24,987 nt of DNA from Leptospiraceae bacterium (lineage in GTDB: Bacteria > Spirochaetota > Leptospiria > Leptospirales > Leptonemataceae). The translations under genes were made by a program, and so were the position numbers. A model generated the notes under the pieces. It was not told where the DNA came from. It saw only the letters and a program-made list of their open reading frames with translations, and searched no databases. Below, one piece after another: positions 7,654 to 16,768 of the stretch. Position 1 is the stretch's first letter, and each line of letters begins with the position of its first letter. The stretch lies in contig JAGRNC010000001.1 of the NCBI GenBank assembly GCA_020440935.1, positions 1-24,987 of the forward strand, written 5' to 3'.

Positions 7654-7950
7654 ATGGTGATTTCAGAAAAGGAATTCAAAGACCTGTGCCGATTGGCTCG
7701 CCTGGATCCGGAGGACGAAAGCCTCCGAAATCTCATGAACGATTTTAATCGAATTCTAGAGTCTGTGGAGAAGATCAACGAAATCCAGACTTCGGACACA
7801 GATACCGGCCATTCTGAGCTGGATACCCGCGATATGAGCAGGCCGGATGAGCCTGGCAAAACCCTGGGCACGGAGGCCATCGCCAAAATCGCTCCTGATT
7901 TCCAATCCGGCCATTTTGTTGTGCCTGGCGTTATCGAATCCGAAGGTTAA
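7654..7950 (+). CDS. gatC: Asp-tRNA(Asn)/Glu-tRNA(Gln) amidotransferase subunit C
   Basis: 98 aa with LARL near the N-terminus and HFVVPGVI at the C-terminus; immediately upstream of gatA. Confidence 0.92.
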   Translation: MVISEKEFKDLCRLARLDPEDESLRNLMNDFNRILESVEKINEIQTSDTDTGHSELDTRDMSRPDEPGKTLGTEAIAKIAPDFQSGHFVVPGVIESEG

Positions 7951-7990
7951 TCGTCGCACAGAACCACCACTCGCACCCTGGTATTATAAG

Positions 7991-9463
7991 ATGATAGAAA
8001 AAACGGCAACGGAACACAGCAAGGCTCTGGAAAAGGGCGAATACTCCCCGGTGGAACTGGCGGAGGCTTATATTCAGCGAGCGGCGCAGACGAAGCCGCT
8101 GGCTATGTACAATGAGCTAAATGAAGAACGCATTCGAGCGCAGGCCCAGGAGTCGGCGAAGCGCCGTAAAGCTGGAAAGCCCCTGTCTGCTCTGGATGGC
8201 ATTCCGGTAAGTATTAAAGATAACATATGCGACGTTGAAGAAAAGACCACCTGTAGTTCGGCCTTTTTGAAAGACTATCGTTCGCCCTATGATGCCACAG
8301 TAATCGAGAAATTGAAGGGCGCGGGGGCCATCCTGTTCGGGCGCACAAACCTGGACGAATTTGCCATGGGTTCGTCCACGGAGAACTCTGCCTTCGGCAC
8401 TACTCGCAATCCTTATGATCCCGAACGCGTTCCAGGCGGTTCGTCCGGGGGCTCTGCAGCAGCTGTTGGATCGCTAACCGTGCCGCTTGCGCTGGGAAGC
8501 GATACCGGCGGATCCATTCGGCAGCCTGCCTCATTCTGTGGCATCGTTGGAATGAAGCCCACATATGGCAAAGTGTCTCGCTATGGATTGGTGGCATTCG
8601 CTTCCAGTTTGGATCAGATTGGTCCCATGGCGGGAAGCGTCGAGGATGCGGCGCTCCTTTTGTCTTCCATCGAAGGAAAGGACCATCGCGATTCTACGTC
8701 GCATCCAATGGCCGACGAGCGTCCCACTCCTGCATCGATCAAACCCATGACGTCGGCTGCTTTGAAGAAGAAGAAGGTGGGAGTTTTTTTTCCGGACAAG
8801 ACCGATGGTTTTGACGATTCGGTGTTAAAAGCCTGCGATGCTACGCGCACCTGGCTGGAAAAGCAGGGCATGGAAGTAGTGCCCATCGAAAGCAAGCTCT
8901 GGGAGTATGCCATTCCAATCTATTACATTCTGGCCACCGCAGAAGCATCGAGTAACCTCTCCCGATTCGACGGAATTCGCTATGGAACCAGAAGCGGCCA
9001 GGCAAACCTGCTCGATGTATACACTCGTAGCCGCACCGAAGGATTTGGCCCGGAGGTAAAACGTCGAATTCTGCTGGGAACGTTCGTTCTTTCCTCGGGC
9101 TACTACGATGCCTACTATAACTCCGCGCAGAAGGCGCGGCGCATGATTCGGGCCGAGTATCTGGAGTTCTTTAAGAAGCTGGATTTCATTATGCAGCCTA
9201 CCAGCCCATCCACGGCATTCAAAATCGGGGAAAAGGCAGCGAATCCCATTGCAATGTATCAGAGCGATCTGATGACAATCTCGGTAAACTTGGGAGGCGT
9301 TCCCGCGCTCAGCTTACCTGCAGGGATAGACAACGATGGGCTTCCCATCGGGATGCAGATTACCGGCGCACACTTCGAAGAAGAGAAGTTGCTTCAGTTT
9401 GCTGCGGCTTTTGAGAAGGATTTTCCTCTGGATCGATCTAAGATCGCGCAGAAAACCTATTAA
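7991..9463 (+). CDS. gatA: Asp-tRNA(Asn)/Glu-tRNA(Gln) amidotransferase subunit A
   Basis: Amidase signature GGSSGGSAAAV...LGSDTGGSIRQPASFCG, plus KDNI and GPEVKRRILLG. The track ORF starts at 7847 inside gatC; ATG 7991 (MIEK) is the plausible start. Confidence 0.96.
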   Translation: MIEKTATEHSKALEKGEYSPVELAEAYIQRAAQTKPLAMYNELNEERIRAQAQESAKRRKAGKPLSALDGIPVSIKDNICDVEEKTTCSSAFLKDYRSPYDATVIEKLKGAGAILFGRTNLDEFAMGSSTENSAFGTTRNPYDPERVPGGSSGGSAAAVGSLTVPLALGSDTGGSIRQPASFCGIVGMKPTYGKVSRYGLVAFASSLDQIGPMAGSVEDAALLLSSIEGKDHRDSTSHPMADERPTPASIKPMTSAALKKKKVGVFFPDKTDGFDDSVLKACDATRTWLEKQGMEVVPIESKLWEYAIPIYYILATAEASSNLSRFDGIRYGTRSGQANLLDVYTRSRTEGFGPEVKRRILLGTFVLSSGYYDAYYNSAQKARRMIRAEYLEFFKKLDFIMQPTSPSTAFKIGEKAANPIAMYQSDLMTISVNLGGVPALSLPAGIDNDGLPIGMQITGAHFEEEKLLQFAAAFEKDFPLDRSKIAQKTY

Positions 9464-9489
9464 TCTACGCTCTGCTCAATGAAGGGCTT

Positions 9490-9927
9490 CTATAGGCCTT
9501 CGATAATCGCAAGGACCTGCCAACCTTCGCCCTGACGCACGGGACTTCCATCAGAATTTGTGGGATAGCTGCTTCGCGGATCGGGTAGGGTGCCTTCGGT
9601 GTAGCGTATGGAAATGGTGATTTGTTTGCCATCGAATGCCCTTAGATCTTCGGCGCTGACATCGTCCGTAGGACGTAGAACGATTCGCTGGGGATCAAAG
9701 GGGTTGTTCGAGTTATGATAACGCGCGCTGCTTAAAAAGAACTCTGCGCCGGTGTAAGCGGCCATGCTTTTGCGCGTGGAATCCACCGGTCGATACTCCA
9801 ACTTGCCATAGACCACGAATACATCGGACGGCTTCTTGTTACCGGGATTGGGACTCAGACAGGACAAAATACTACCGATCGAAATCAGGATGGCGAGGAT
9901 TCCCGCAAATAGACCAATCCGTTTCAT
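9490..9927 (-). CDS. Hypothetical lipoprotein
   Basis: MKR + hydrophobic stretch + ILSC (spirochete-type lipobox). ATGA overlap with the tyrS stop. Confidence 0.75.
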   Translation of the reverse strand: MKRIGLFAGILAILISIGSILSCLSPNPGNKKPSDVFVVYGKLEYRPVDSTRKSMAAYTGAEFFLSSARYHNSNNPFDPQRIVLRPTDDVSAEDLRAFDGKQITISIRYTEGTLPDPRSSYPTNSDGSPVRQGEGWQVLAIIEGL

Positions 9928-11183
9928 GATCGGGATTCTACGACCAGGTACTTCTTTTTGCCAATCTTTATTTCGTAGCGCCCCGGAAAAGTCATGGTGA
10001 ACTGTTTGTCCTGGATTACCTCCAGGGATTCTCCCATGCGAATGGCGCCGGAATCGATCAATCGTTTTACGGCGCTGGCGCTTTTTTCCAGGCCTGCATC
10101 CACAATGGCCTGCGTTAGCATCAGTTCTTTGGCATCTACAGACAATACGGGGGTGTCGGGTGGCAATATGAGCTTTTCGCGACCATCTTTGCCCTTTTCT
10201 TTGTCCCAGGCATCGCGCGCTTCCTGACCTCTGGATTTCCCATCGGATCCGGCTTCTGGATGCAGGAAATCGACAAGCTCGGAAGCAAGACGCTTCTTCG
10301 CCTCCAGCGGATCTTTCTTGAGGTCATCCATTTCATCGAATGGGACCGAAGTGAGCAAAGTGTAATAGTCCCACATCAATTCATCGGAAACGCTCATTGA
10401 CTTTGCGAAAATGGAGTAAGGAGTTTCGTCGATTCCGATGTAATTGTCATAGGACTTGGACATCTTCTTTTGTCCGTCCAGGCCCACGAGCAACGGAAGA
10501 GTTAGGATGCATTGCGGTTCCTGGCCGTACTGGCTCTGTAATTCGCGTCCCACCAGGAGATTGAATTTTTGATCGGTTCCGCCCAGTTCTACATCGGACT
10601 CCAGAACAACGGAATCGTAACCTTGAAACAGCGGATAAATGAATTCGATGATGCTGATGCTTTCGCCTGCCTTCATTCGTTTGGAGAAGTCATCCCGCTC
10701 GATCATCCGGGCTACTGTATAGCGAGCGGTGAGTCCCAGGACTTCGTCCACTTTCAGCGGCATACACCACTTTGAGTTAAAAACTATCTTGGTTTTTTCC
10801 CGATCCAGAATTTTAAAGACCTGATCTTCGTAAGTCTTTGCATTTGCTTTTACTTCATCGGGAGTTAATCGCTTCCGCGTGGCCGATCGACCGGTGGGAT
10901 CTCCGATGGTGGCGGTGAAGTCGCCGATTAGAAAGGTTACCTCATGGCCCAGATCCTGGAATTGACGCAGCTTTCGCAATAGTACCGTATGGCCCAGATG
11001 CAAATCCGGAGCGGTGGGATCAAAGCCAGCCTTGATCTTGAGCGGTTTTCCGGTCTTGATTGACTTTTCCAGTTTTTCTAGAAAGGACTTTTCCGGAAGT
11101 ATCTCATCGGCGCCCCGTTTCAATATCTCATATTGGTCCAGAGTGGCTTTATCAAATTTCCGTTCTTCTTTCGAATCGGTCAT
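9924..11183 (-). CDS. tyrS: Tyrosine--tRNA ligase
   Basis: [13 protein letters not shown] (HIGH), [13 protein letters not shown], and a C-terminal S4-like domain (IKIGKKKY). Confidence 0.98.
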   Translation of the reverse strand: MTDSKEERKFDKATLDQYEILKRGADEILPEKSFLEKLEKSIKTGKPLKIKAGFDPTAPDLHLGHTVLLRKLRQFQDLGHEVTFLIGDFTATIGDPTGRSATRKRLTPDEVKANAKTYEDQVFKILDREKTKIVFNSKWCMPLKVDEVLGLTARYTVARMIERDDFSKRMKAGESISIIEFIYPLFQGYDSVVLESDVELGGTDQKFNLLVGRELQSQYGQEPQCILTLPLLVGLDGQKKMSKSYDNYIGIDETPYSIFAKSMSVSDELMWDYYTLLTSVPFDEMDDLKKDPLEAKKRLASELVDFLHPEAGSDGKSRGQEARDAWDKEKGKDGREKLILPPDTPVLSVDAKELMLTQAIVDAGLEKSASAVKRLIDSGAIRMGESLEVIQDKQFTMTFPGRYEIKIGKKKYLVVESRS

Positions 11184-11378
11184 CCTGCGATAATTGAAAT
11201 AGGCTCTGCTCGCTCAATCGCTTTTTGGACGGTAACCTGAGTTGCCGCACTGGCCTGTTGTAAGAATCTGGGCTGATTACCAGCGAAGTTCTGACACCGT
11301 CCCTCCAACGATTCACGGTTATCTGGCGCATGGGAGCACAAAGCGAACCTTGGGCCGCGGAGCCGGGCAGGGCTTAAG

Positions 11379-12017
11379 CTAAGAATCGCCATCCCACGGA
11401 GGAATCAACTCTAGACGAACTCCAAGAGCAGAAAGCACTCTACCGGCAATGAATCGTCCAAGATCATCGAATGAGGCAGGTCGATGGTAGAAGCCAGGGC
11501 TAGCAGGCAGAACGATCGCTCCGGCTTCGGTAAGCGATGTCATATTTCGCAGATGGATGAGGCTGTACGGAGTCTCGCGTGGAACGACTACCAGGCGGCC
11601 TCTTTCCTTTAGCGTGACATCGGCGGCGCGTTCGATCAAATTTCCGGACATACCATGTGCGATCGATGCAAGAGTCTTCATGCTACATGGCACAATAGCC
11701 ATGCCGTCATGATGACTGGATCCGCTGGCTGCCCGGGCTCCAATGTCTGCAAAATTCTGAATTTCGAACTGATGGATTCCTGGGGCGGGCGAACGCTCCT
11801 GAATCCAGCCCAGAAGGTCCGAGGCACTGGAAACATTGGCTTCCATTTCCTGACGAAACACTCGAATAGCCGATGGACTGACGATTAGCTGCGTGGTTCC
11901 TCGAATACGGTTCAGCGCCTGGATTAAATGCAGCGCGTACAAAGAACCACTGGCCCCACTGATGGCGATAACCAGGCGCTTTTCGTTTTCCACCTCGGGT
12001 AGTTCGCTTTCGCTCAA
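11379..12017 (-). CDS. ubiX: Flavin prenyltransferase UbiX
   Basis: AISGASG, ASGS, PCSMKTL, RAADVTLKERGRLVVVPRETP, PASPGFY. TTG start overlaps the upstream stop (TTGA). Confidence 0.96.
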   Translation of the reverse strand: MSESELPEVENEKRLVIAISGASGSLYALHLIQALNRIRGTTQLIVSPSAIRVFRQEMEANVSSASDLLGWIQERSPAPGIHQFEIQNFADIGARAASGSSHHDGMAIVPCSMKTLASIAHGMSGNLIERAADVTLKERGRLVVVPRETPYSLIHLRNMTSLTEAGAIVLPASPGFYHRPASFDDLGRFIAGRVLSALGVRLELIPPWDGDS

Positions 12018-12658
12018 TTTAGACTTTCTCCTTGCTGCAATCCCGGTCCTGGACTGGAACGAATGAGCAGGTTCTTTCTTCGCATCAGGTTGATGGTCTT
12101 TCGCATTCGATCCGCCAGCGTGGGAATCTCCAGAAAAGCCTGGCGATCGGGCAGCGGTAATCCGCTATTCTGGATGCATAGATGACAGAGCAAGTCGGCT
12201 TCTTCGGGAAGCTCGACCTGCGTCTTAATTTGAAGAAGCGACAGGTAATCCGAAAGCTCTCTACGCAGAGTAAGCGCAAGATCGGCCTTCTCCACCGTGG
12301 CCTGTCCTTCGTCTTCATCGGGCCAGGGATCCAGGTCGGCTTTCCAGAATGGGTCTTCGGAAACGGCACGATCCCATCGCAGCCTTTGCGTTCCTGTGAC
12401 CAGAAGATTCATGCGACCATCCTGCATTCGCTCTACTTGGTCCAGAGTCACAAGAGTTCCGACAGCGGCCGGCCGGGCCAGTCTTCCCAGCGCTTCCTGT
12501 CCATCTTCAATGGAAAACACTGCCAGAGGCAGCCCCTGCAGCACTTCTTCCATCATCAATCGATAGCGCGGTTCGAAGATGTGCAAAGGCAACGGCATAC
12601 CTGGAAACAGTACGGTTCCCAGCGGAAAGACTGCTACTGTACGATTGCCTGATACCAT
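12014..12658 (-). CDS. Stand-alone Lon N-terminal (substrate-binding) domain protein
   Basis: FPLGTVLFPGMPLPLHIFEPRYRLM, DGRMNLLVTGTQR and RQAFLE motifs; no ATPase or protease domain. Confidence 0.9.
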   Translation of the reverse strand: MVSGNRTVAVFPLGTVLFPGMPLPLHIFEPRYRLMMEEVLQGLPLAVFSIEDGQEALGRLARPAAVGTLVTLDQVERMQDGRMNLLVTGTQRLRWDRAVSEDPFWKADLDPWPDEDEGQATVEKADLALTLRRELSDYLSLLQIKTQVELPEEADLLCHLCIQNSGLPLPDRQAFLEIPTLADRMRKTINLMRRKNLLIRSSPGPGLQQGESLN

Positions 12659-13545
12659 CGATCCGCCAGTAAGATAACAAATACCACCGAACTTACCCAG
12701 GCATTTAAATTGAAAAAGGCCACAGGGATTTTATCCTGCCTGCCTCCGCGAACCAGGTAATGCTCCGTGAAGAACAAAGCCGCAACAATGGTGAGGCCTG
12801 CAAAGAACACAATTCCGTTGTTCGCTTCGATCCCGGCGCGTACAAAGCAGGCCAGAGCAAGGAGGTGGCTAATCCGCGCCATCCAGAGGGCATTGGAAAC
12901 GCCCATGGAGGCTGGCAAAGAGTGGAGGCCCTTATCCTTATCGAATTCCATGTCCTGGCAGCTGTAGATAATGTCGAAGCCGGCAATGTACAGCGCAAGT
13001 CCCATGGACCAATAGACTGCAATCCAGGAAATGGTTCCCGTGAAGGCAACCCAGACGGCGGAGGGAACGATTCCAATGGCCAGTCCCAGAAAAAAATGGC
13101 ACAGTGGAGTAAACCGTTTTGTCCAGGAGTATCCAAGAACGAGCACTATGGCAACGAAAGAAAGTAGTCCTACAGTCAACCCCATGGTAAACGCCGCGCC
13201 CACAAATAGAAGCAGCCCAAACACAGTAAAAATAATGGCATCGCGCAGAGGGATGGCGCCCGACGGTATCTCGCGATTAGCCGTTCGCGGATTGGCCGCA
13301 TCGTAATGACGATCCACGATTCGATTGAAACCCATGGCCGCGCTCCGTAAACTGACCATGCAGACCAGACAGGCAATGATCCGATGCAAAACCACCGCGG
13401 TGGAGGGCACCATAAATCCATGCCAATGCAGAACTTCCACTATGCCGATGCCTGCAAAAGGCAGCGCAAAAATGGAATGGGAGAATTTGATCATCCCCAG
13501 ATAATTTCTTGCGGTCTGGTAAATTTCGGAGGCATAGGTGGCCAT
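12634..13545 (-). CDS. ubiA: UbiA-family prenyltransferase (MqnP-like, futalosine menaquinone pathway)
   Basis: IKFSHSIFALPFA, FNRIVDRHYDAANPRTANREIP, YSWTKRFT, FDIIYSCQDMEFD, multiple TM helices. ATG 13545 is preferred over the track start at 13683. Confidence 0.93.
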   Translation of the reverse strand: MATYASEIYQTARNYLGMIKFSHSIFALPFAGIGIVEVLHWHGFMVPSTAVVLHRIIACLVCMVSLRSAAMGFNRIVDRHYDAANPRTANREIPSGAIPLRDAIIFTVFGLLLFVGAAFTMGLTVGLLSFVAIVLVLGYSWTKRFTPLCHFFLGLAIGIVPSAVWVAFTGTISWIAVYWSMGLALYIAGFDIIYSCQDMEFDKDKGLHSLPASMGVSNALWMARISHLLALACFVRAGIEANNGIVFFAGLTIVAALFFTEHYLVRGGRQDKIPVAFFNLNAWVSSVVFVILLADRWYQAIVQ

Positions 13546-14314
13546 GAGAAACAGAGCCAGGATTGGATCTTCTGGAGCAATACAATTTCCACGGATCGGT
13601 GGCCTGGGGGCCGTGCTTCTGGGAATTCTACTTTTTCTGCCGCAATGCTTCGAATACGAAGAAGATTTGCATCTTGCGCCCAACTACGGCGGCTACGTTG
13701 ACTATAAATACAAAGTCCCTCTGCAAGAGCGGTCCGGAAAATCGCTTATAGCCTTTTTGCCCGCAACGAAAGAGAACGTAATCCAGAAATATGGCATCGA
13801 TCCGGATGATAAGGAACTGATTCTGGAGGATTTCGCATCCGAAGAAGTGTACGAAACCGACACCCGATTTCCCCGGAAGAAAGTTGTGCGATTCAGAATC
13901 CGATTCAAGCGGCCCGAATTGCTGGAAAAGCTACTAATTGGACAGACGAGCGTCTACTATCTGGATCAGCGCCTGGTTATTCAGCGAGGGTTCCCAACCA
14001 GCGGCGGATTGCAGGAGAACTCGGGCAGGATCGCCACAAATTTTCACAAGTACGTGGAGGATTCGCTGAAATCCAGGGCGCTCAAACTGTCGGTTTCTGC
14101 TCCGTGGTATTACAATGTTTATGCCAATGTGGGAGCAACTGCCGGGCCTGGCCGCATCTATTACAATTTGCCGCTGGAAGCGACTGTGAATCGCCCCAAT
14201 CCCAGCCTCTGGAGAATCGAGATTAAAGCAAATCCCATGCCCGAAGATGGTCCTGGAAACGTTCCAGGGCAGCCCATTCTCCTGGACCCAGCCGATAGTG
14301 GAGCAACTGACTGA
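13544..14314 (+). CDS. Hypothetical lipoprotein/exported protein, antisense within the menaquinone cluster
   Basis: Basic N-terminus, hydrophobic core GLGAVLLGILLFLPQ-C, then a protein-like globular domain. No competing long minus-strand ORF covers its body. Confidence 0.75.
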   Translation: MRNRARIGSSGAIQFPRIGGLGAVLLGILLFLPQCFEYEEDLHLAPNYGGYVDYKYKVPLQERSGKSLIAFLPATKENVIQKYGIDPDDKELILEDFASEEVYETDTRFPRKKVVRFRIRFKRPELLEKLLIGQTSVYYLDQRLVIQRGFPTSGGLQENSGRIATNFHKYVEDSLKSRALKLSVSAPWYYNVYANVGATAGPGRIYYNLPLEATVNRPNPSLWRIEIKANPMPEDGPGNVPGQPILLDPADSGATD

Positions 14315-15005
14315 TGTATTCCAGAGCAAAGGGAAAGTCGGACCGGGCTGCAATGCCATCGAGATTTTTCAGACCTGTGGCCAAAGAGTCTTCGAAATAG
14401 GAGTCCTCCAGGGGTGCGCTTTTGGGGTAAGCCCAGAGCGCGAATACGAAGGGAAGGCTTTCTTGCTGGAGCCACCATTCGCCCAGGTCCTTTACTCTGA
14501 ATTGATCTAGATCTTCGCGCATGGAAAAGCGAAGAGCCGCATCGCCAATCAACAAACCGCCTGCCGTGCCTTCCGATACCACTCGATCTGCAATCTTCTC
14601 TGGATTCTCGGGAAGAACGGAAGGCAGTCTTCCAAATTTATTTGCAAATAGTACCTGAAGTAGGGCAACGCTGCTTCGCGATCCATTATCAGTGTAGATC
14701 TTTTGGGCGGGGATGGTCCAATCCTGTTCTTTGCTCTTGAAATACAGAATGCTGCGCAGCGCTCCATTGCAGCAAACTCCCACTGTTTTACAATAGCCAA
14801 AGTTCGGATTGCGAAGACATTCCACCGAGCTAATTAACGCAGCATCTAGCTCTCCAGACGAAAGCATTTCGAAGAGCCGCGCCGGAGTATCGTCGAACAG
14901 CTGTAGTTCCTTTTGTTGCCTGAATCCAAAGGTAAGCGGATGCGCGTTAAGGTGCTGAACAAGGCCCAATCTCACCTGGACCAGGTTCTGCTGTGCCGGG
15001 ACCAT
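14223..15005 (-). CDS. mqnA: Chorismate dehydratase MqnA (menaquinone biosynthesis, futalosine pathway)
   Basis: RLGLVQHLNAHPL, PARLFEMLSSGELDAALISSVE, SRSSVALL, LLIGDAAL, DLGEWW...LPFVFALW. Confidence 0.92.
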   Translation of the reverse strand: MVPAQQNLVQVRLGLVQHLNAHPLTFGFRQQKELQLFDDTPARLFEMLSSGELDAALISSVECLRNPNFGYCKTVGVCCNGALRSILYFKSKEQDWTIPAQKIYTDNGSRSSVALLQVLFANKFGRLPSVLPENPEKIADRVVSEGTAGGLLIGDAALRFSMREDLDQFRVKDLGEWWLQQESLPFVFALWAYPKSAPLEDSYFEDSLATGLKNLDGIAARSDFPFALEYISQLLHYRLGPGEWAALERFQDHLRAWDLL

Positions 15006-15082
15006 GGAAAGACAGAATCAATGCTCGAGCAAAAAAACCGCTTCCTCGCACAGCGGCCTCTGCGGGACTGTAGTTTCAAACC

Positions 15083-15721
15083 ATGCAGAAGATAGAAAGA
15101 CAATTGGATGCTGGATCGCTCGGTCTTCGGGCCGAGATCTACTTGCCGGATGGCGCCAGCATTCAAGAAGATCAGGGGAATCTTTGTATCCGATCGGAGC
15201 TGCCCAATGGAGTAGGTCTTCTGGAAATGCACGGCGGAGACCGCATGCAGGTTTTTCTGGGGCTATTACAGGGTCTGGATGGAGCCGATGCTCGCGGCGA
15301 CGTGGCCGATGAAATCCTCGCCGCACTCAAGGCGGATCCCAGGGCTTCCATGGATAGATTATCCGATATCGCATGCCAGGGGCATCAGGCTTTAAAATGT
15401 TTAGTTCTTGAATTAGATTCCGGGCAACAGGAAGATCCGGATGATTATTATCTTGCCCGGGTTCATGCCGCAGGAATGCCGCCTTTGCTTCTAATTGATG
15501 CTGGAAACTATCGAATTCCCACCAGGTCGGGCATTCCCCTGGGAATTTCCCCGGATCTGGAGCAACCATCGCAATCTCTGGAATGGGATCGGGGTGGAAT
15601 CTTACATCTTCACACCGAGCCGGTTTCCAACATTGATATGGAAACCCTGCATCAAGGATTTATCGAATTTGATCCTGCGGCCAGCAATGCAGAAGGTCTG
15701 CACATTCGCCTGTATGCATAG
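15083..15721 (+). CDS. Hypothetical protein; degenerate SpoIIE/PP2C-like phosphatase fold
   Basis: HAAGMPPLLL and GIPLGI resemble the SpoIIE NAGHPP and GLPLGI motifs; the TDG position reads TEP. Confidence 0.55.
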   Translation: MQKIERQLDAGSLGLRAEIYLPDGASIQEDQGNLCIRSELPNGVGLLEMHGGDRMQVFLGLLQGLDGADARGDVADEILAALKADPRASMDRLSDIACQGHQALKCLVLELDSGQQEDPDDYYLARVHAAGMPPLLLIDAGNYRIPTRSGIPLGISPDLEQPSQSLEWDRGGILHLHTEPVSNIDMETLHQGFIEFDPAASNAEGLHIRLYA

Positions 15722-16361
15722 TAGAGTCTTGAAAATAGCACTGATGGGCCTGGTTCTAAGTCTGGGAAGCACCGCCTGCTCGAAGGTCTCAGTTCCTCCT
15801 CCGTTTGAATCCGAATATGTTCTTCCGCCTTCGAAAGATGCCCTGGCGGTGGGATTTAGATGGCAGGGAAATCTGCTTACCGATACCGACTGGATCCGAT
15901 CCTACACACAGTACAGGATCGTCTATGACGATATGGAGAATACGACAGGGTCCATCATGGAATTGATGAAGCCGGCGGTGAAGCAAGCTCTACATCAGAA
16001 TGATCTGATGCTTGCCGATTATACTGACCTGGATCGAGAACCGGCAGAAGAAGCGACCCCCGATGCGGCGCTGCCCTGCACCGTAACATTTGACCTGGTC
16101 ACCAGAGACCTGAACTGGTATCCAAGAAGGGAGTTCATTCAGACTACCAATGGGATTCGGCCGGGCTACATAGTAACCTACTTTGAATACCGCTACTGCC
16201 TGAATCAGGAATGCCAGGATTTCAAAATTGATCGTAAGACCCCGGCCCATTCCCTCGATGCAAAAGATCGTATCGAGATTGAGGCAGGGCAGGTGCTAAA
16301 GAAGATGCAATCCGATTTGAGCGACTTTCTAAAGAAGCATCGAAAAATCTGCGGGGAATAA
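15714..16361 (+). CDS. Hypothetical lipoprotein
   Basis: ATG 15714: MHSRVLKIALMGLVLSLGSTA-C, overlapping the upstream stop by 8 nt. The track extension to 15495 overlaps the previous gene and is unlikely. Confidence 0.75.
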   Translation: MHSRVLKIALMGLVLSLGSTACSKVSVPPPFESEYVLPPSKDALAVGFRWQGNLLTDTDWIRSYTQYRIVYDDMENTTGSIMELMKPAVKQALHQNDLMLADYTDLDREPAEEATPDAALPCTVTFDLVTRDLNWYPRREFIQTTNGIRPGYIVTYFEYRYCLNQECQDFKIDRKTPAHSLDAKDRIEIEAGQVLKKMQSDLSDFLKKHRKICGE

Positions 16362-16363
16362 CT

Positions 16364-16759
16364 ATGAGCATGGATCATCCTCTTCTAATGTGGGGCTCCC
16401 TTTCTCTGGCCATCGTTCTGGGAGCATTTGGTCAAATATTAATGAAAGAAGCCATGAAAGTGGCGGGCCCGGTGCCTCTGGAGAAGTCTGTTACAGAGAT
16501 ATTTCAATACGGGATCCAGATACTGTTCTCCTGGCGCATCCTGGTACTGGGTATTTGCTACGGCCTCAGTATTGTATTCTGGCTTGGCGTGCTCAGCGTA
16601 GCCGATTTAAGCCTTGCTCGTCCTATCATGTCCGCCGGGTATTTAATTACCCTGGCCTACGGAATGTATATGGGCGAGTCGGTAACATGGGAAAGGATTC
16701 TTGGAACGTTTTTGATCATCGCAGGCCTTTTTTTCGTTGCGAAAAGTCAGAATGGCTGA
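16364..16759 (+). CDS. DMT-superfamily small transporter (EamA/ArnE-ArnF-like)
   Basis: 131 aa with 4 TM helices; GQILMK, DLSLARP and GESVTWERILGTFLIIAG motifs. Confidence 0.85.
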   Translation: MSMDHPLLMWGSLSLAIVLGAFGQILMKEAMKVAGPVPLEKSVTEIFQYGIQILFSWRILVLGICYGLSIVFWLGVLSVADLSLARPIMSAGYLITLAYGMYMGESVTWERILGTFLIIAGLFFVAKSQNG

Positions 16760-16768
16760 CACAATTCA

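Noticed and set aside
7654-9463. Missing gatB as an anomaly
   Set aside because: gatB is often encoded apart from gatCA, so nothing can be concluded from one window.
11180-11392. 70-aa ORF or T-box/riboswitch leader upstream of tyrS
   Set aside because: The ORF overlaps the ubiX stop, has atypical composition and no clear RBS. No T-box consensus or leader terminator was recognisable.
15495-15713. N-terminal extension of the 288-aa ORF
   Set aside because: Overlaps the upstream CDS by over 200 nt, and a lipoprotein signal begins at ATG 15714.
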